This document shows positions 1 to 9,381 of a DNA stretch of 64,000 bases, piece by piece; position 1 is the stretch's first letter, and the number at the start of each line of letters is the position of its first letter. The notes beneath the pieces are model-generated. The model was not told where the DNA came from, did not search any database, and saw only the letters and a program-made list of their open reading frames with translations. A program made the position numbers and the translations under genes. This stretch comes from a virus: the IMG/VR virus record IMGVR_UViG_3300046477_000550; one strand, written 5' to 3'.

Positions 1-393
1 TCCACCGCTGCCCGCCGGGGCCTTGTAGGCGGAGCGGGGGTCCCAGCCGTTGTCTCCGAGCCAGCCGTCGACGAGGTCGTCCATGTTGCAGTGGGCTTCG
101 TCGAGCGCCTTGGTGAGGTCGATGGCCGCCTTCCAGCGATCCGCCTCCCTGCTGGCCAACCCCTGGGCGATGTGCGTGGAGACGAGGGTGCGGGTGTCGT
201 CGTAGCGGCGGCGGAGCGAGAGGAGCGCCTCCCGCAGGTCCGCGGTCGCACCGGTCTGCTCCTCGTTGCGGGCGAGGGTGGCGTGGACTTGGGCGGCTGC
301 GAGCGCAGTGGTGGGATCGCCGTCGGGGGTGATGAATTCCTTGGCCGCCTGCTTGAGGAGCGCCTCGGCTTCGGCGCGGTGGTCGACGTTCAC
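1..393 (-). CDS. hypothetical early protein (C-terminus beyond window edge)
   Basis: GTG at 393 overlaps the RecT stop (GTGA). The frame is GC3-rich and open to position 1. Confidence 0.6.
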   Translation of the reverse strand, partial: MNVDHRAEAEALLKQAAKEFITPDGDPTTALAAAQVHATLARNEEQTGATADLREALLSLRRRYDDTRTLVSTHIAQGLASREADRWKAAIDLTKALDEAHCNMDDLVDGWLGDNGWDPRSAYKAPAGSGG

Positions 394-1265
394 GCGGCAC
401 CCGCCTTCTGGGCCGCGGCAGCACGCAGCTTGGCGGTGAGCTCACGGATGGCGCCCGCAGCAACGTGATCGAGGGGCGCCCCGAGCTCCTCGTAGGCGAG
501 GGCGTCGATGTCGTCGGCGATGCCCATCTCGTTGCCGAAGTCCCGGAGTTCACGGACTGCGGCGGTGTGCTCGTCGTCGGTGTCGACGTCGACGATGTCC
601 GAGCCGTGCGGCTGCGAGGCGGGCGCAGTCGGCGCGGTGAGGGCGGCGACGGACAGCGGGGCCCGCTTCTGCTGGACGACCTCCCCGTGGGTGTAGCCGT
701 CGAGTTCCTCGGCCGCATACGGCATGCCGTGCAGGACGTCCGCGGCGACCAGGCGGCAGATCTCACCGGTGGCCCGGTTGATCAGCATCGTCTTGGGCTG
801 CTTCTTCCACTGATCCTTGCCCAGCAGCCCCAGCCTCTGGGCGCGAGGGATGTCCCAGACGACTTCCTGCCACGCCTCCCCGTCCTTGCGGCGACCGCGC
901 ATGACGCAGTGCGTGTCGTCGGACTCGACCAGCTCGATCTCGTGGCCCTTCGACTGGAGCAGGCCGCGCATGGCGTGCGCCCGCAGGGCGGGCTGGCCCT
1001 GGATGACGTCGATGGACTTGAGCGAGGTCATCGGCTGAATGCCCAGCTCGTGTCCAGCGAGGATCACAGCGGTGACCTCGTCCGGCTTGCCGCGGTAGGC
1101 GCCGGCGAGGCTGGTGGTGGCGATGTTCGCGGAGATCTGGGAGATGGCGATGGCGTCGCGGGCCCACGCCTCCAGCTCCGACTCGGCCGGCTCGGGGCTG
1201 GCGTTGTAGGCGGCGACGACCGCGGCGGTTTCTTCGGCGCGGGTGGCGATCTCGTTCGAGGTCAC
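390..1265 (-). CDS. recT: RecT-family single-strand annealing recombinase
   Basis: Core sequence is RecT-like (GHELGIQPMTSLKSIDVIQGQPALRAHAMRGLL...KKQPKTMLINRATGE). GTG start overlaps the upstream stop. The longer ORF-track N-terminus is Arg-rich junk. Confidence 0.8.
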   Translation of the reverse strand: MTSNEIATRAEETAAVVAAYNASPEPAESELEAWARDAIAISQISANIATTSLAGAYRGKPDEVTAVILAGHELGIQPMTSLKSIDVIQGQPALRAHAMRGLLQSKGHEIELVESDDTHCVMRGRRKDGEAWQEVVWDIPRAQRLGLLGKDQWKKQPKTMLINRATGEICRLVAADVLHGMPYAAEELDGYTHGEVVQQKRAPLSVAALTAPTAPASQPHGSDIVDVDTDDEHTAAVRELRDFGNEMGIADDIDALAYEELGAPLDHVAAGAIRELTAKLRAAAAQKAGAA

Positions 1266-2122
1266 TTCAGGTATTCCTCTGCCTGTCGGATGGTGGCCCA
1301 GCTCGGCATTCCGATCTGGGGGATCTCGGTGACGGGGCCGGTCCAGTCGGGCCACTCGTCTTTGGCGGTGCACTCGGCGTAGCGGCGCAGGGCGACCTCG
1401 TTGCGCCCGCGGCCGATGTCCTGGTCCTGGTCCTTCAGTTCGCGGACCGTGACCAGGTAGGGGGCCTTCTTCGACTGGACGACGAAGAGGAACCGGCCCC
1501 CCTCCGGGGCGAGCCCTGCGGCCTCGACGCCGTCGAGGTAGAGGGCGCCTTGCTGGTGGTAGCTGTAGGACTCGATGGACTTGCTGAAGCCGTCCGGGCT
1601 GGCGTCCGCCGCGGTCTTCAGGTCGACCACGAGCGTTGTGTCGGGCCGCACCATGAGCCAGTCCGGGCGGACGCGGACGCGGACGCCGGTCTCCGGGTGC
1701 GTCCAGTAGATGGAGCGCTCCGGGATGCCGTTGCCGGGCGTGAACAGTGGTCCGGCCTGCGGGTGCTTCTGGACGGCCTCGGCCATGGCCTGCACCTGCT
1801 CGCCCTCATGGAAGAGCAGCGGTACGGCGCCGCTGGCGCGGATCTCGTCGCGCTCCTCGCGGGCGGCCTTGGTGCGCCAGTCGTCGTATTCGGTGACGAC
1901 GATCTCCTCGCCCTCCCCCAGGACGAGCTTGTGTGCGGCATGCCCGATGTCGAACTCCCGCTTGGGAGCGGCCGGGTGATCACGGTCGTACTTGAATTGG
2001 GCAGGGCAGCCCGGCGCGAGGAGGGCGCGCAGGCCGGTCGAGGAGATCGACGTGACGTCGGCGTGGTACGACTCGGCGGAGAGGCCGTCGACGATGGCGG
2101 GCGCTTCAACGGTGGTGGTCAT
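1262..2122 (-). CDS. PD-(D/E)XK exonuclease (RecE/Cas4-like partner of RecT)
   Basis: 286 aa with a D...DLK nuclease motif (VRPDWL...LVVDLKTAAD) and the YHQQGALY region typical of phage PDDEXK exonucleases. Translationally coupled to recT. Confidence 0.75.
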   Translation of the reverse strand: MTTTVEAPAIVDGLSAESYHADVTSISSTGLRALLAPGCPAQFKYDRDHPAAPKREFDIGHAAHKLVLGEGEEIVVTEYDDWRTKAAREERDEIRASGAVPLLFHEGEQVQAMAEAVQKHPQAGPLFTPGNGIPERSIYWTHPETGVRVRVRPDWLMVRPDTTLVVDLKTAADASPDGFSKSIESYSYHQQGALYLDGVEAAGLAPEGGRFLFVVQSKKAPYLVTVRELKDQDQDIGRGRNEVALRRYAECTAKDEWPDWTGPVTEIPQIGMPSWATIRQAEEYLK

Positions 2123-2412
2123 CGGCGCATCCCCCGCGCCGTGTTGTCGACGATGCGGGCGGCGCTCTCGCAGCCGGGAACGGTGCGGAGCGTGCTGGCG
2201 GTCCGGCCGAGGATGACGGCGGCGTAGGCGCCCATGAGGCGGTCAGCCTTGGCGTCCAACCAGCCACCGTCTTCCAGCGCGCTGCGCAGTGCAGCCTCGG
2301 CGTCGGCGCAGTCCTCGCAGTGGCCGTCCTTGGTGACGAACGGGCCGGCGGTGCCGCCGCAACCCCTGCACTGGAGTGGCGCCGCACGCTTTGTGGTGCT
2401 TTCGGTACTCAT
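2119..2412 (-). CDS. hypothetical zinc-ribbon protein
   Basis: 97 aa with CRGCGG...CEDC. Its stop overlaps the next gene start. Confidence 0.65.
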   Translation of the reverse strand: MSTESTTKRAAPLQCRGCGGTAGPFVTKDGHCEDCADAEAALRSALEDGGWLDAKADRLMGAYAAVILGRTASTLRTVPGCESAARIVDNTARGMRR

Positions 2413-2441
2413 GGGACTCGCTTTCGGGTGTCGTAATGGGC

Positions 2442-2486
2442 GGGCAGCTCGCCCCGGCCAGGGGGGTAGTGCGGGGCGAGCTGCCC
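2442..2486 (-). terminator. 15-bp perfect inverted repeat hairpin
   Basis: GGGCAGCTCGCCCCG (2442-2456) pairs with CGGGGCGAGCTGCCC (2472-2486), in the gap between two minus-strand genes. Confidence 0.5.
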
Positions 2487-2538
2487 TGGTGCGGCGCGGA
2501 GCGGGGGGCTCAACGCGCCGCGGCTATGGGGTTGTTGG

Positions 2539-2724
2539 TCAGCGGAGTTGGCGGATTCGGCTGGCAGTCACGCCGTACTCGGTGGCCAGACCCATGGGGC
2601 TCTCGCCCTCGCCGAGGCGGCGTGTGATCCCCGCGCGCTGCTCGGTGGTCAGCTTTCGCGGCTGCCAAGGGCCCCCTGGATCCGGGCTGCGCCTGTTCCA
2701 GGCTCGTTGCTGGTCATTGGCCAT
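2539..2724 (-). CDS. small HTH DNA-binding protein (sigma-70 region 4-like)
   Basis: 61 aa ending ...GESPMGLATEYGVTASRIRQLR. ATG overlaps the upstream stop (ATGA). Confidence 0.65.
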   Translation of the reverse strand: MANDQQRAWNRRSPDPGGPWQPRKLTTEQRAGITRRLGEGESPMGLATEYGVTASRIRQLR

Positions 2725-3266
2725 CACTCGGCCCCTGCCGCCGTGACGACCTTGTCGTGGGCTTCGTTGAAGTCCTCGGTGTCGAGGCCCATGAACGGCA
2801 CCCGGTACGTCATCGCGAGCAAGATGTCGTAGGCGCTGAACCGGTCGGCCTTGAACTCGTCGGCGGCGTCCTGGATGTCGGCGTCGGTGTAGGTGCCGTT
2901 GTTGCTGACGTCGCCGGGCATGTAGGCGCTGCCGGGCTGCTCGCACCAGGCATAGCTGAGCTTGGTGTACAGGTCGCGGGCCGTCTTGTTGGTGACGACG
3001 GCCTTGATGGTGTTGGTGTCCTGCGTCCAGTCGACGCCGGACTGGGTGAGAATCTCGACGCCCTTGAGGGCGTCTTCGCGGCGCATCGCTTCGGCGATGC
3101 CGAGGCCTTCGTGGTGGCCGATCCGCCAGCGGGCCGGACTGTTCAGGGACTGAATGGCGGGCATCCGGAACACGACGAGTCCGGGCGCGGCCTGGACGGC
3201 GTCGGGGACGGTGTACTGCTGCTCGCCGTGGATGGTCATCCTGTATTCGGTGGTCTCACCGATCAT
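2724..3266 (-). CDS. hypothetical early protein
   Basis: 180-aa ORF with balanced composition and high GC3. Confidence 0.75.
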   Translation of the reverse strand: MIGETTEYRMTIHGEQQYTVPDAVQAAPGLVVFRMPAIQSLNSPARWRIGHHEGLGIAEAMRREDALKGVEILTQSGVDWTQDTNTIKAVVTNKTARDLYTKLSYAWCEQPGSAYMPGDVSNNGTYTDADIQDAADEFKADRFSAYDILLAMTYRVPFMGLDTEDFNEAHDKVVTAAGAE

Positions 3267-3375
3267 CGGAACTCCTGGGATGCTGGTGTCGGATCCCCGG
3301 GCGTCTCAAGCGCTCGGGGCTTCTTGCGTTGTGGCGCCGGGTCCGGTGGCCTGTGTCATCCGCCGGCCCGGCGAG

Positions 3376-3693
3376 TCAGGCGGCGGCGAGTTCGGCTTCG
3401 GTGACGATCGGAATCGGCTGGGTGCGGACCACGTCGGCCTTCAGCCGCCGTTGCAGCTGCTCGATCTGTGAGTCGCGTTCCATCAACTGCCGGACCTGCC
3501 GCTGGATGAGCTGCTCGGCGAGGACCCGCTGCCCGTCGGAGATTTCGGCCTGGGCGGTGAGGGCCCGGCATCGGGCGGTGACCGCCATGAGGCGGCACCG
3601 GTACCAGGCGAGGTCGTCGGTGAGGTTCGCCAACTTCAGCCGCAGCACCACGTTGTCGGCGCCGGCGCGGCGCCTGCCGGTGCCGCGCTTCAC
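3376..3693 (-). CDS. hypothetical coiled-coil protein
   Basis: GTG at 3693 overlaps the upstream stop (GTGA). The C-terminal part is Gln/Arg/Leu heptad-like. Confidence 0.6.
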   Translation of the reverse strand: MKRGTGRRRAGADNVVLRLKLANLTDDLAWYRCRLMAVTARCRALTAQAEISDGQRVLAEQLIQRQVRQLMERDSQIEQLQRRLKADVVRTQPIPIVTEAELAAA

Positions 3694-4067
3694 GACGCCT
3701 CCTTGCGAAGGCGTTCGGCGGCCTCCCACAGGTTGGTGACGACGTCGTCGACGACGCGCTCGGCCTCGTCGTTCCAGCCGGGCGCCGGCTTGCTGACGGT
3801 CTCCTCCAGGGCGAGCACAGCCGCCTGCGCGAGGGGGCTGCCGGGGTGTTCCTCGGACGGCCAGGACGGCTTGCCGAAGACGGCGATGTTGATGGCGCCG
3901 ACGACGTCGACCGGGCATTCGGCGGGCTTGGTGCCCTCGTCGGCTTTGGCCTCGTCGTACAGGTAGCCCTTGTGGAGGCCGTTTTTCTCGACGATCTCGG
4001 CGGCCTTCTCGATGACGTCGGCGATCTCTGTCGTCTTCGGCTTGGTGTCGGTGTCGGTGTCAGGCAC
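3690..4067 (-). CDS. hypothetical early protein
   Basis: GTG at 4067 preceded by GGAGG. Acidic 125-aa product. Confidence 0.65.
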   Translation of the reverse strand: MPDTDTDTKPKTTEIADVIEKAAEIVEKNGLHKGYLYDEAKADEGTKPAECPVDVVGAINIAVFGKPSWPSEEHPGSPLAQAAVLALEETVSKPAPGWNDEAERVVDDVVTNLWEAAERLRKEAS

Positions 4068-4284
4068 GGTCGGCCTCCAGTCCGGTGCGGTCGATGTAGC
4101 CCGAGCGGTCGCTGTCGGCGAAGTCGCGGGCGGTGGCTTCGGCCCGGCTGAGTTCGGTGGCCGCGGCGAGAACCGCTTCCAGCTCGCGGATGCGGGCGTC
4201 GAGGCCGCGGATCGCATGCCGGGCGAGTGCGTTGACGAAGCCCGCGATCGGCGACCGGTACGGGGTCCCGGCGGTGGCGCTCAC
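4060..4284 (-). CDS. hypothetical early protein
   Basis: 74-aa ORF coupled to its neighbours. Confidence 0.6.
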   Translation of the reverse strand: MSATAGTPYRSPIAGFVNALARHAIRGLDARIRELEAVLAAATELSRAEATARDFADSDRSGYIDRTGLEADRA

Positions 4285-4532
4285 GAGGCGGCCCCTTCCG
4301 GCTGCTGCCGTGTGGCGGCGAGCCCGAGCACGTCGAGGAGTTCGAGCACCCCAGCCGCTACGGCCGGCTGCCGGGCGAGCTGCTTGCCGGCGAGCTTGGG
4401 CATGACGTCGTCCAGCGGATGCGGGTGCTCGGCGGCGATCCGGTCCGCGACATGCACGGCCGCGGCACGGGTCTGCCGGAAGGTGGGTGCGCTGACCGCC
4501 CCCACGGACTGGCCCAGCTCGCCGCCGCTCAC
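4281..4532 (-). CDS. hypothetical early protein
   Basis: GTG at 4532 overlaps the upstream stop (GTGA). The ORF-track N-terminal extension is Arg-rich junk. Confidence 0.6.
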   Translation of the reverse strand: MSGGELGQSVGAVSAPTFRQTRAAAVHVADRIAAEHPHPLDDVMPKLAGKQLARQPAVAAGVLELLDVLGLAATRQQPEGAAS

Positions 4533-4843
4533 GAGGCGGCCCCCCTGAGTGCGGCGAGCACGTCGGCCTCGCTGCGGCCCGGCTGGCGTTCCCACAAGGT
4601 CAGCGGCTCGTCGCCGGACCCGTCGGGGGCGCCGAGAGTGAGATGGCCGGTGAGCATGTCCAGAGCGAGGACGGTGGCGTTCTCGGCGCTGGTGCTGCTC
4701 TTGCCGGGTGTGAAGCCGGCGGCCCGGTCGATGGCGTCGGCGATCGGGGAGCGGAGCGGGTCCCAGCCCTCGACGTCGAGGATTGTGGCGGCCCTGGCGA
4801 GGGTGGCGGCCACCCGGGAGCGGGTCACGGACAGGGTCACCAT
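4529..4843 (-). CDS. hypothetical early protein
   Basis: ATG at 4843 overlaps the upstream TAA (TAATG). An alternative ATG lies at 4858. Confidence 0.6.
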   Translation of the reverse strand: MVTLSVTRSRVAATLARAATILDVEGWDPLRSPIADAIDRAAGFTPGKSSTSAENATVLALDMLTGHLTLGAPDGSGDEPLTLWERQPGRSEADVLAALRGAAS

Positions 4844-5016
4844 TACGCCGCCACCCATCCGGCATCGACGCGTGCGGCGTCGGCGCGGAGCAGGTATTCG
4901 CGGACCTGGGCGGGCGTCCAGTCGGCCTCGCGCGGCCCGAAGTCCACGTGGGCTTCCTCGTTGACGGCGATGAGCGCGTTCTCGACCGTGTCGGCGAGAC
5001 GGGCGGGGGCCTTCAT
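4843..5016 (-). CDS. hypothetical early protein
   Basis: 57 aa starting MKAPARL. ATG overlaps the upstream stop. Confidence 0.55.
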   Translation of the reverse strand: MKAPARLADTVENALIAVNEEAHVDFGPREADWTPAQVREYLLRADAARVDAGWVAA

Positions 5017-5318
5017 GCCGCCACCGCCGTCAGTGCGACCGGCGCCGGGACCGGGCTGGAGTAGGCGACCAGAGCGACCGTCACACCGGCGAACTCGGTG
5101 TCGGCGCGCATCGTGGTGCCGTCCGCGCGGGGATGGAACGACACCTCCTCGACGCCGATGACGAGGGCCTCCCGCCAGGCCTCGAAGTCGGCGAGCCCAC
5201 CGTGTAGATGGACGCTCACCCCGGCCGTCGACGGCACGATCTCGTCGGCGGGCAGCAGCGGGTGCTTGGCGATGAGGGCGTTGACGGCGGCGACAGACGT
5301 CGCGAGGTCGAGCAGCAT
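5013..5318 (-). CDS. hypothetical early protein
   Basis: 101-aa GC3-rich ORF in the coupled series. Confidence 0.65.
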   Translation of the reverse strand: MLLDLATSVAAVNALIAKHPLLPADEIVPSTAGVSVHLHGGLADFEAWREALVIGVEEVSFHPRADGTTMRADTEFAGVTVALVAYSSPVPAPVALTAVAA

Positions 5319-5569
5319 TACGCCTCCTGGGCGGTCGGGTAGGGGAAGGCGGGGACGCTGGCGTCGTCGTCGGCGTCGTAGAGCAGGTGCCGCATCTCGG
5401 CGCCCTCGCCGGATGTGGCGTGCTGGCCGTGGACACCGGCCTGCGGGTCGGCCAGCAGCAGACGGAGGCGTTCGGCTGCGGCGTCGACCTTCTGCCGGGC
5501 CACCAGGGCGGCCATGCGCTCGCGCAGCGTCGGCTCCGGGACGTCGAGGTCTTCGATCGGGCGGGTCAT
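5318..5569 (-). CDS. hypothetical early protein
   Basis: 83-aa ORF in the coupled series. Confidence 0.6.
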   Translation of the reverse strand: MTRPIEDLDVPEPTLRERMAALVARQKVDAAAERLRLLLADPQAGVHGQHATSGEGAEMRHLLYDADDDASVPAFPYPTAQEA

Positions 5570-6036
5570 GACGTGGCCGCTGTCAGGTCGTAGTGGCTGA
5601 TGACCACCTTGGTGACCGGCGTCAGGTGTCCCTCGGCGACCAGGGCTTCAAGGTCGGCGGTCGCTGTGCGCGTACCGGCCCAGCCGAATCCGGCCTGCTT
5701 CGCAGCGAAGGCCGCACGGTCTGGCGTCCAACCACCGCCCGGGTAGGCGCGGATGGCGTCGAGGAGAGAGGCGCGCCGGGCCGCCGTGGTCGCATCGCGG
5801 TCGATCCGCGCCTGCTGCCACTCCTCCTCGGTGACCGGGTCGATGTGAGTGAGGGCGATGTAGGCGCCGTGGCCCTCGACCCAGACGACGCCGTCGCCGC
5901 TGGCGGAGTGCAGGGCCTCGGTACGGGTGCGGGTGATCAGCATCTCGTCACTCGGGCCGCCATGCGGCCGGGCGCCGGGGTAGGCGAGCACCGGAGTGCC
6001 GACCGGGTGCAGGGAGTTGAAGGCCTCGGCGTTCAC
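5566..6036 (-). CDS. hypothetical early protein
   Basis: 156-aa ORF in the coupled series. Confidence 0.7.
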   Translation of the reverse strand: MNAEAFNSLHPVGTPVLAYPGARPHGGPSDEMLITRTRTEALHSASGDGVVWVEGHGAYIALTHIDPVTEEEWQQARIDRDATTAARRASLLDAIRAYPGGGWTPDRAAFAAKQAGFGWAGTRTATADLEALVAEGHLTPVTKVVISHYDLTAATS

Positions 6037-6410
6037 GCGGCACCGCCCAGCTCGACGAGACTCGGGTCCCAGCCCTCGGGGAACTCATCAGCGATCAAGT
6101 CCGTCAGCCACTCCGGGCGGTTGACGTAGCCCCAGCGCCCTTCGACTCGGCTGCGCTCCCAGCCGATCGACGTGATCGGCTTCCCGGCGTCCTCGGACTT
6201 GAGGCGGCGCGGGCCGATGACCGCGACGTGAACCCATTCGCGGGCTCCGCGCGGCGTCCCCTCCTCTCGATAGAAGTGCAGCTCCACACGGGCCGGGATG
6301 ACGACGCGACGGTTGGACGGGTCGGTCAGGTCGGGGTGACCCGACGCCGGGGTGACCAGATCGAGTCCGGTCACCCGGGTGAAGCTCTCAGGCAGGAAGG
6401 TGATCGTCAT
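6033..6410 (-). CDS. hypothetical early protein
   Basis: 125 aa starting MTITFLPESF. ATG overlaps the upstream stop. Confidence 0.65.
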   Translation of the reverse strand: MTITFLPESFTRVTGLDLVTPASGHPDLTDPSNRRVVIPARVELHFYREEGTPRGAREWVHVAVIGPRRLKSEDAGKPITSIGWERSRVEGRWGYVNRPEWLTDLIADEFPEGWDPSLVELGGAA

Positions 6411-6964
6411 GCCGTCACCGCCTTGGCGTGCTCTTCGGTCCAGCGGTTGCCGCACGCGCACCAGTGGCATCCGTCCAGCGGGTCCGGCGTCTTGTCGTAG
6501 TGCTGCGGCGTGGAGGTGGGCGGCTGGACGCCGTCGTACTCGTGGAGCCACTGGCCGAGGTTGCAGACGGTGGGCCGGTGCCACTCGCCGCGCTCGGACA
6601 GCCAGCCCATGGCCAGACGCTGTCCGGTAGTGGGGTGGGCGGTGACAGCAACGCAGTGGAAGTCGCTCCAGCCGTTGCGGTGGCTGTAGGAGTGGCCGGG
6701 CTCGAAGAAGTCCGGGGGCAACATCCGCAGGTTGTCCGGCCGGACCGCGCCGCGCTCCACCTTCGAGGCGAGCTGCCACAGCGGTGTCTCCTCGCGGGCC
6801 TTCTTCGTCAGCCAGGCGACGACATCCGCCTTGGGCAGCAGGTCCGCCTCGGCGAGTACCTCGGCGCGGCAGTCGTCCAGCTTCTCCCTCAGGTCGGCGA
6901 GGGTTCCGAGGGGCGCGGTGTTGGCCCGCCCGTACTCGTCGATCAGATCGTCGCGGGCGCTCAC
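6407..6964 (-). CDS. hypothetical early protein (C-terminal Cys/His cluster)
   Basis: 185 aa ending ...DGCHWCACGNRWTEEH. Confidence 0.7.
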   Translation of the reverse strand: MSARDDLIDEYGRANTAPLGTLADLREKLDDCRAEVLAEADLLPKADVVAWLTKKAREETPLWQLASKVERGAVRPDNLRMLPPDFFEPGHSYSHRNGWSDFHCVAVTAHPTTGQRLAMGWLSERGEWHRPTVCNLGQWLHEYDGVQPPTSTPQHYDKTPDPLDGCHWCACGNRWTEEHAKAVTA

Positions 6965-7569
6965 GCCGTCACCGCCTTGCGGCTAGCGTCCCAGCGGTCG
7001 ATGCCGAACAGCACTGCGTGGCAGGCGAACAGGAACTCCCAGGAGTAGTCCTCGAAGTCCTTCTCCCAGTCGTGAGGAATGCGGAGCCGGAAATCGCCGT
7101 GATCGAACGAGGCGACCGCGTACTCGGCCGTCCCTCGGTACTCCAGGTTGTGCTCGTCGGAGTCGAGAATCTGCCCCTTGACCGCCTCGACGGCGCCAGG
7201 GTGGTTGTTCTCAGCCCTGGCGGCCTCGTCCAGCACCCAGGCCCGGAACAGCTCCTCCGACCAGTCCTTGACGTCGCCCCGCCCAGCAGTCACCTTCTCC
7301 TGCCAGTAGCTGGGGTTGATGCCGCCGCTGCGCGATCCCCGGAACACGTCGAAGATGTCCTCGGTCGGATAGACCGAGAAGCCGAAGCTGAAGCCGTCAC
7401 CGCGCAGGAACACGTTGTGCGGCCACGTCAGCAGGTCGAAGCGGTAGAAGCCGCCCGTCGGATCGGCGAGCACGAGATGGCGGTACAGGCCGTCGTCGTG
7501 ACGGACCTCCAGCCGGTGGTTTCGCGTCTCTCGGGCGAACCGGGCGGCGGACTCGGGGTAGTTGGTCAT
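6961..7569 (-). CDS. hypothetical early protein
   Basis: 202-aa ORF with well-balanced composition. Confidence 0.75.
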   Translation of the reverse strand: MTNYPESAARFARETRNHRLEVRHDDGLYRHLVLADPTGGFYRFDLLTWPHNVFLRGDGFSFGFSVYPTEDIFDVFRGSRSGGINPSYWQEKVTAGRGDVKDWSEELFRAWVLDEAARAENNHPGAVEAVKGQILDSDEHNLEYRGTAEYAVASFDHGDFRLRIPHDWEKDFEDYSWEFLFACHAVLFGIDRWDASRKAVTA

Positions 7570-7847
7570 GCTGCACCGCCGTCAACCGTGGGGACGGTGA
7601 CCACCAAGTACTGAGTCCACGAGAAACGCTTCCGCTCCTCGAAGCGGGCCATCAGCCGCCACTCGCCCGGACGGAACTCGGACCAGTGGTACTCGCACTC
7701 GTCCTCTCCGCGAGACTTCGTTGCGCGGGTGGACGCCTCATCCTTGGCTGCCTCCAGAGACGAGGCCGCAGCGATCGGGACATTGCCGAGCATGACCACA
7801 TGAGTCACTGGCTCTGGCGTCTGGGATGATTGAGGCACGTGAAGCAC
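7566..7847 (-). CDS. hypothetical early protein
   Basis: 93-aa ORF in the coupled series. Confidence 0.6.
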   Translation of the reverse strand: MLHVPQSSQTPEPVTHVVMLGNVPIAAASSLEAAKDEASTRATKSRGEDECEYHWSEFRPGEWRLMARFEERKRFSWTQYLVVTVPTVDGGAA

Positions 7848-7945
7848 CTTTCGTTTCGTCTGTTCGTGAGGTGTGGATCGCGCGGCCTTTGGCCGCTGGC
7901 CCCGGCTGCCGGTGTGCGAACCGGCGGGTGGGGCCGTTTGGTGTT

Positions 7946-8257
7946 TCAGGCGGCGATGGGCCTGGCGTACTTGCTGGGCTTGACTTCGCCTTCGGCCCGG
8001 ATCTGGCGGATGTGGTCCGCGGTGAGCCGGGGGGAGCGGCCGACGTAGGTGAAGGGGATGCGGCGTTCCCGTATCGCCTCGACGACCCAGTTCTTAGTCA
8101 CGCCGAGCAGGGCGCCAGCCTCTTCCGGGGTGAAGCACTTGATCTCCAGCTCGGCTGCGGTGGGGGCCGTGTTCAGGCGCTCAACGGCTGCCGCAAGTTC
8201 CGCCAAGCGCAGAGTCAGAGTCGTCTCGGTGGGGGGATCCAGGTCGTTCCTGGTCAC
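7946..8257 (-). CDS. excisionase-family (HTH_17/MerR-like) DNA-binding protein
   Basis: Motif FTPEEAGALLGVTKNWVVEAIRERRIPFTYVGRSPRL. The N-terminus overlaps the cro-like ORF, so the start is uncertain. Confidence 0.65.
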   Translation of the reverse strand: MTRNDLDPPTETTLTLRLAELAAAVERLNTAPTAAELEIKCFTPEEAGALLGVTKNWVVEAIRERRIPFTYVGRSPRLTADHIRQIRAEGEVKPSKYARPIAA

Positions 8258-8441
8258 GGGGTGTCTCCTCGTGGGTGATTGCTTTGATGGGCACGTTCAG
8301 ACGCTTGGCGTAGAGGTGGAGGGTTCCGTCCCCTGCTCCCTGTTGGCCGTTCTCAATGCGGGAGAGGTAGCCGGGGTCTCGGCCAATGTCTTTGGCGAGA
8401 CGTTGAAGGCTGATCCCCCGTGCCTCGCGGATGGCCTTCAT
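8181..8441 (-). CDS. Cro-like XRE-family HTH regulator
   Basis: Begins MKAIREARGISLQRLAKDIGRDPGYLSRIENG. Divergent from the CI-like gene. Confidence 0.75.
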   Translation of the reverse strand: MKAIREARGISLQRLAKDIGRDPGYLSRIENGQQGAGDGTLHLYAKRLNVPIKAITHEETPRDQERPGSPHRDDSDSALGGTCGSR

Positions 8442-8722
8442 TGCGTCTCCGTTGGGTCTCACGAGACACAACGTAGACCCAAAGATGCAGCGAATGCAAG
8501 GTGTTGAGCTGGGTTCGTTGGGTGTTCGTCTGGATTCGTTGGGTGTCGCGTGACGTCTAGAGCGCAAAGCCGTGGCCAGAGATGCACGCAGTGCGCCGGA
8601 GCGCGAACGGGGCGCAAGCGCAATAAGGCGCTAACGAGGCAACAAAAAAGCCCCCCAAAGACCGATCAATCCTGGTCAATTAGGGGATTCAGTGGGTGCG
8701 TGTTGCCTAGCCGTGGTGCATC
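8442..8722. promoter_or_regulatory. cro/cI divergent intergenic switch region
   Basis: 281-nt gap between divergent HTH genes. It holds an AT-richer stretch, tandem operator-like repeats and a GTCTC-N2-GAGAC inverted repeat near 8455-8470. Confidence 0.7.
8511..8548 (+). repeat. two tandem operator-like repeats (core TTCGTTGGGTGT, 21-nt phasing)
   Basis: gggTTCGTTGGGTGTtcg at 8511-8528 and tggaTTCGTTGGGTGTcg at 8531-8548. Confidence 0.75.
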
Positions 8723-9277
8723 ATGGCCGTCATGACGAGGGATCTGAGCAAGCTCCAGTGGGGCCGGCTCGCAGACGCCATCCGGACGGCACGCGAAGCT
8801 CGCGGCCTCACGCAGCCCCAACTGGCCGAGCGCGCCGACGTCAGCGAAGGCAGTGTTCAGAACCTCGAAAGCGGCAAGCCGCGCAGCCGCATGCCCCAGA
8901 CGCTCTCGAAGATCGAGCCGCACATCGGGTGGGCGGAAGGGTCCGGCCGCCTGGTCCTCGACGGCGGCGACCCCGTCCCCGTCTCGGACGCGCCCGCCGA
9001 CAGTCACGCCGACACGGACGCGGACAGGCTGCGGCGCAAGTACTCACTGCGGATCGTCGACGAGCTGGTGTCCGATGATCCCCTGGTCGACTCCGCCGTC
9101 ATTCAGCTGCCCGGCGCCAACGGGGCCCGCATGACCGTCGTCGTGCACGGCAGCCGCGACGCCACGCCGCAGGAGATCCAGGACGCGCTGCTCGCCTGGC
9201 GCCGCACCGAGGAAGGCCTGCGCCGCCTCCCCGACGACGACGACAACGGCGACCCCCAAGCTGCCAACGGTTCGTAA
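8723..9277 (+). CDS. CI-like repressor (XRE HTH N-terminus plus C-terminal domain)
   Basis: Motif LADAIRTAREARGLTQPQLAERADVSEGSVQNLESG. Sits between cro and int. Confidence 0.75.
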   Translation: MAVMTRDLSKLQWGRLADAIRTAREARGLTQPQLAERADVSEGSVQNLESGKPRSRMPQTLSKIEPHIGWAEGSGRLVLDGGDPVPVSDAPADSHADTDADRLRRKYSLRIVDELVSDDPLVDSAVIQLPGANGARMTVVVHGSRDATPQEIQDALLAWRRTEEGLRRLPDDDDNGDPQAANGS

Positions 9278-9381
9278 TACCCCCTGCACAGATTGTGCAC
9301 AACCCCTCCCCCAACGCCCGAACCTGTGATGTCCTGTGCGGACCCGCAACGGAGGGCGCCCGCGTGGTCTTTGGGGGACCT

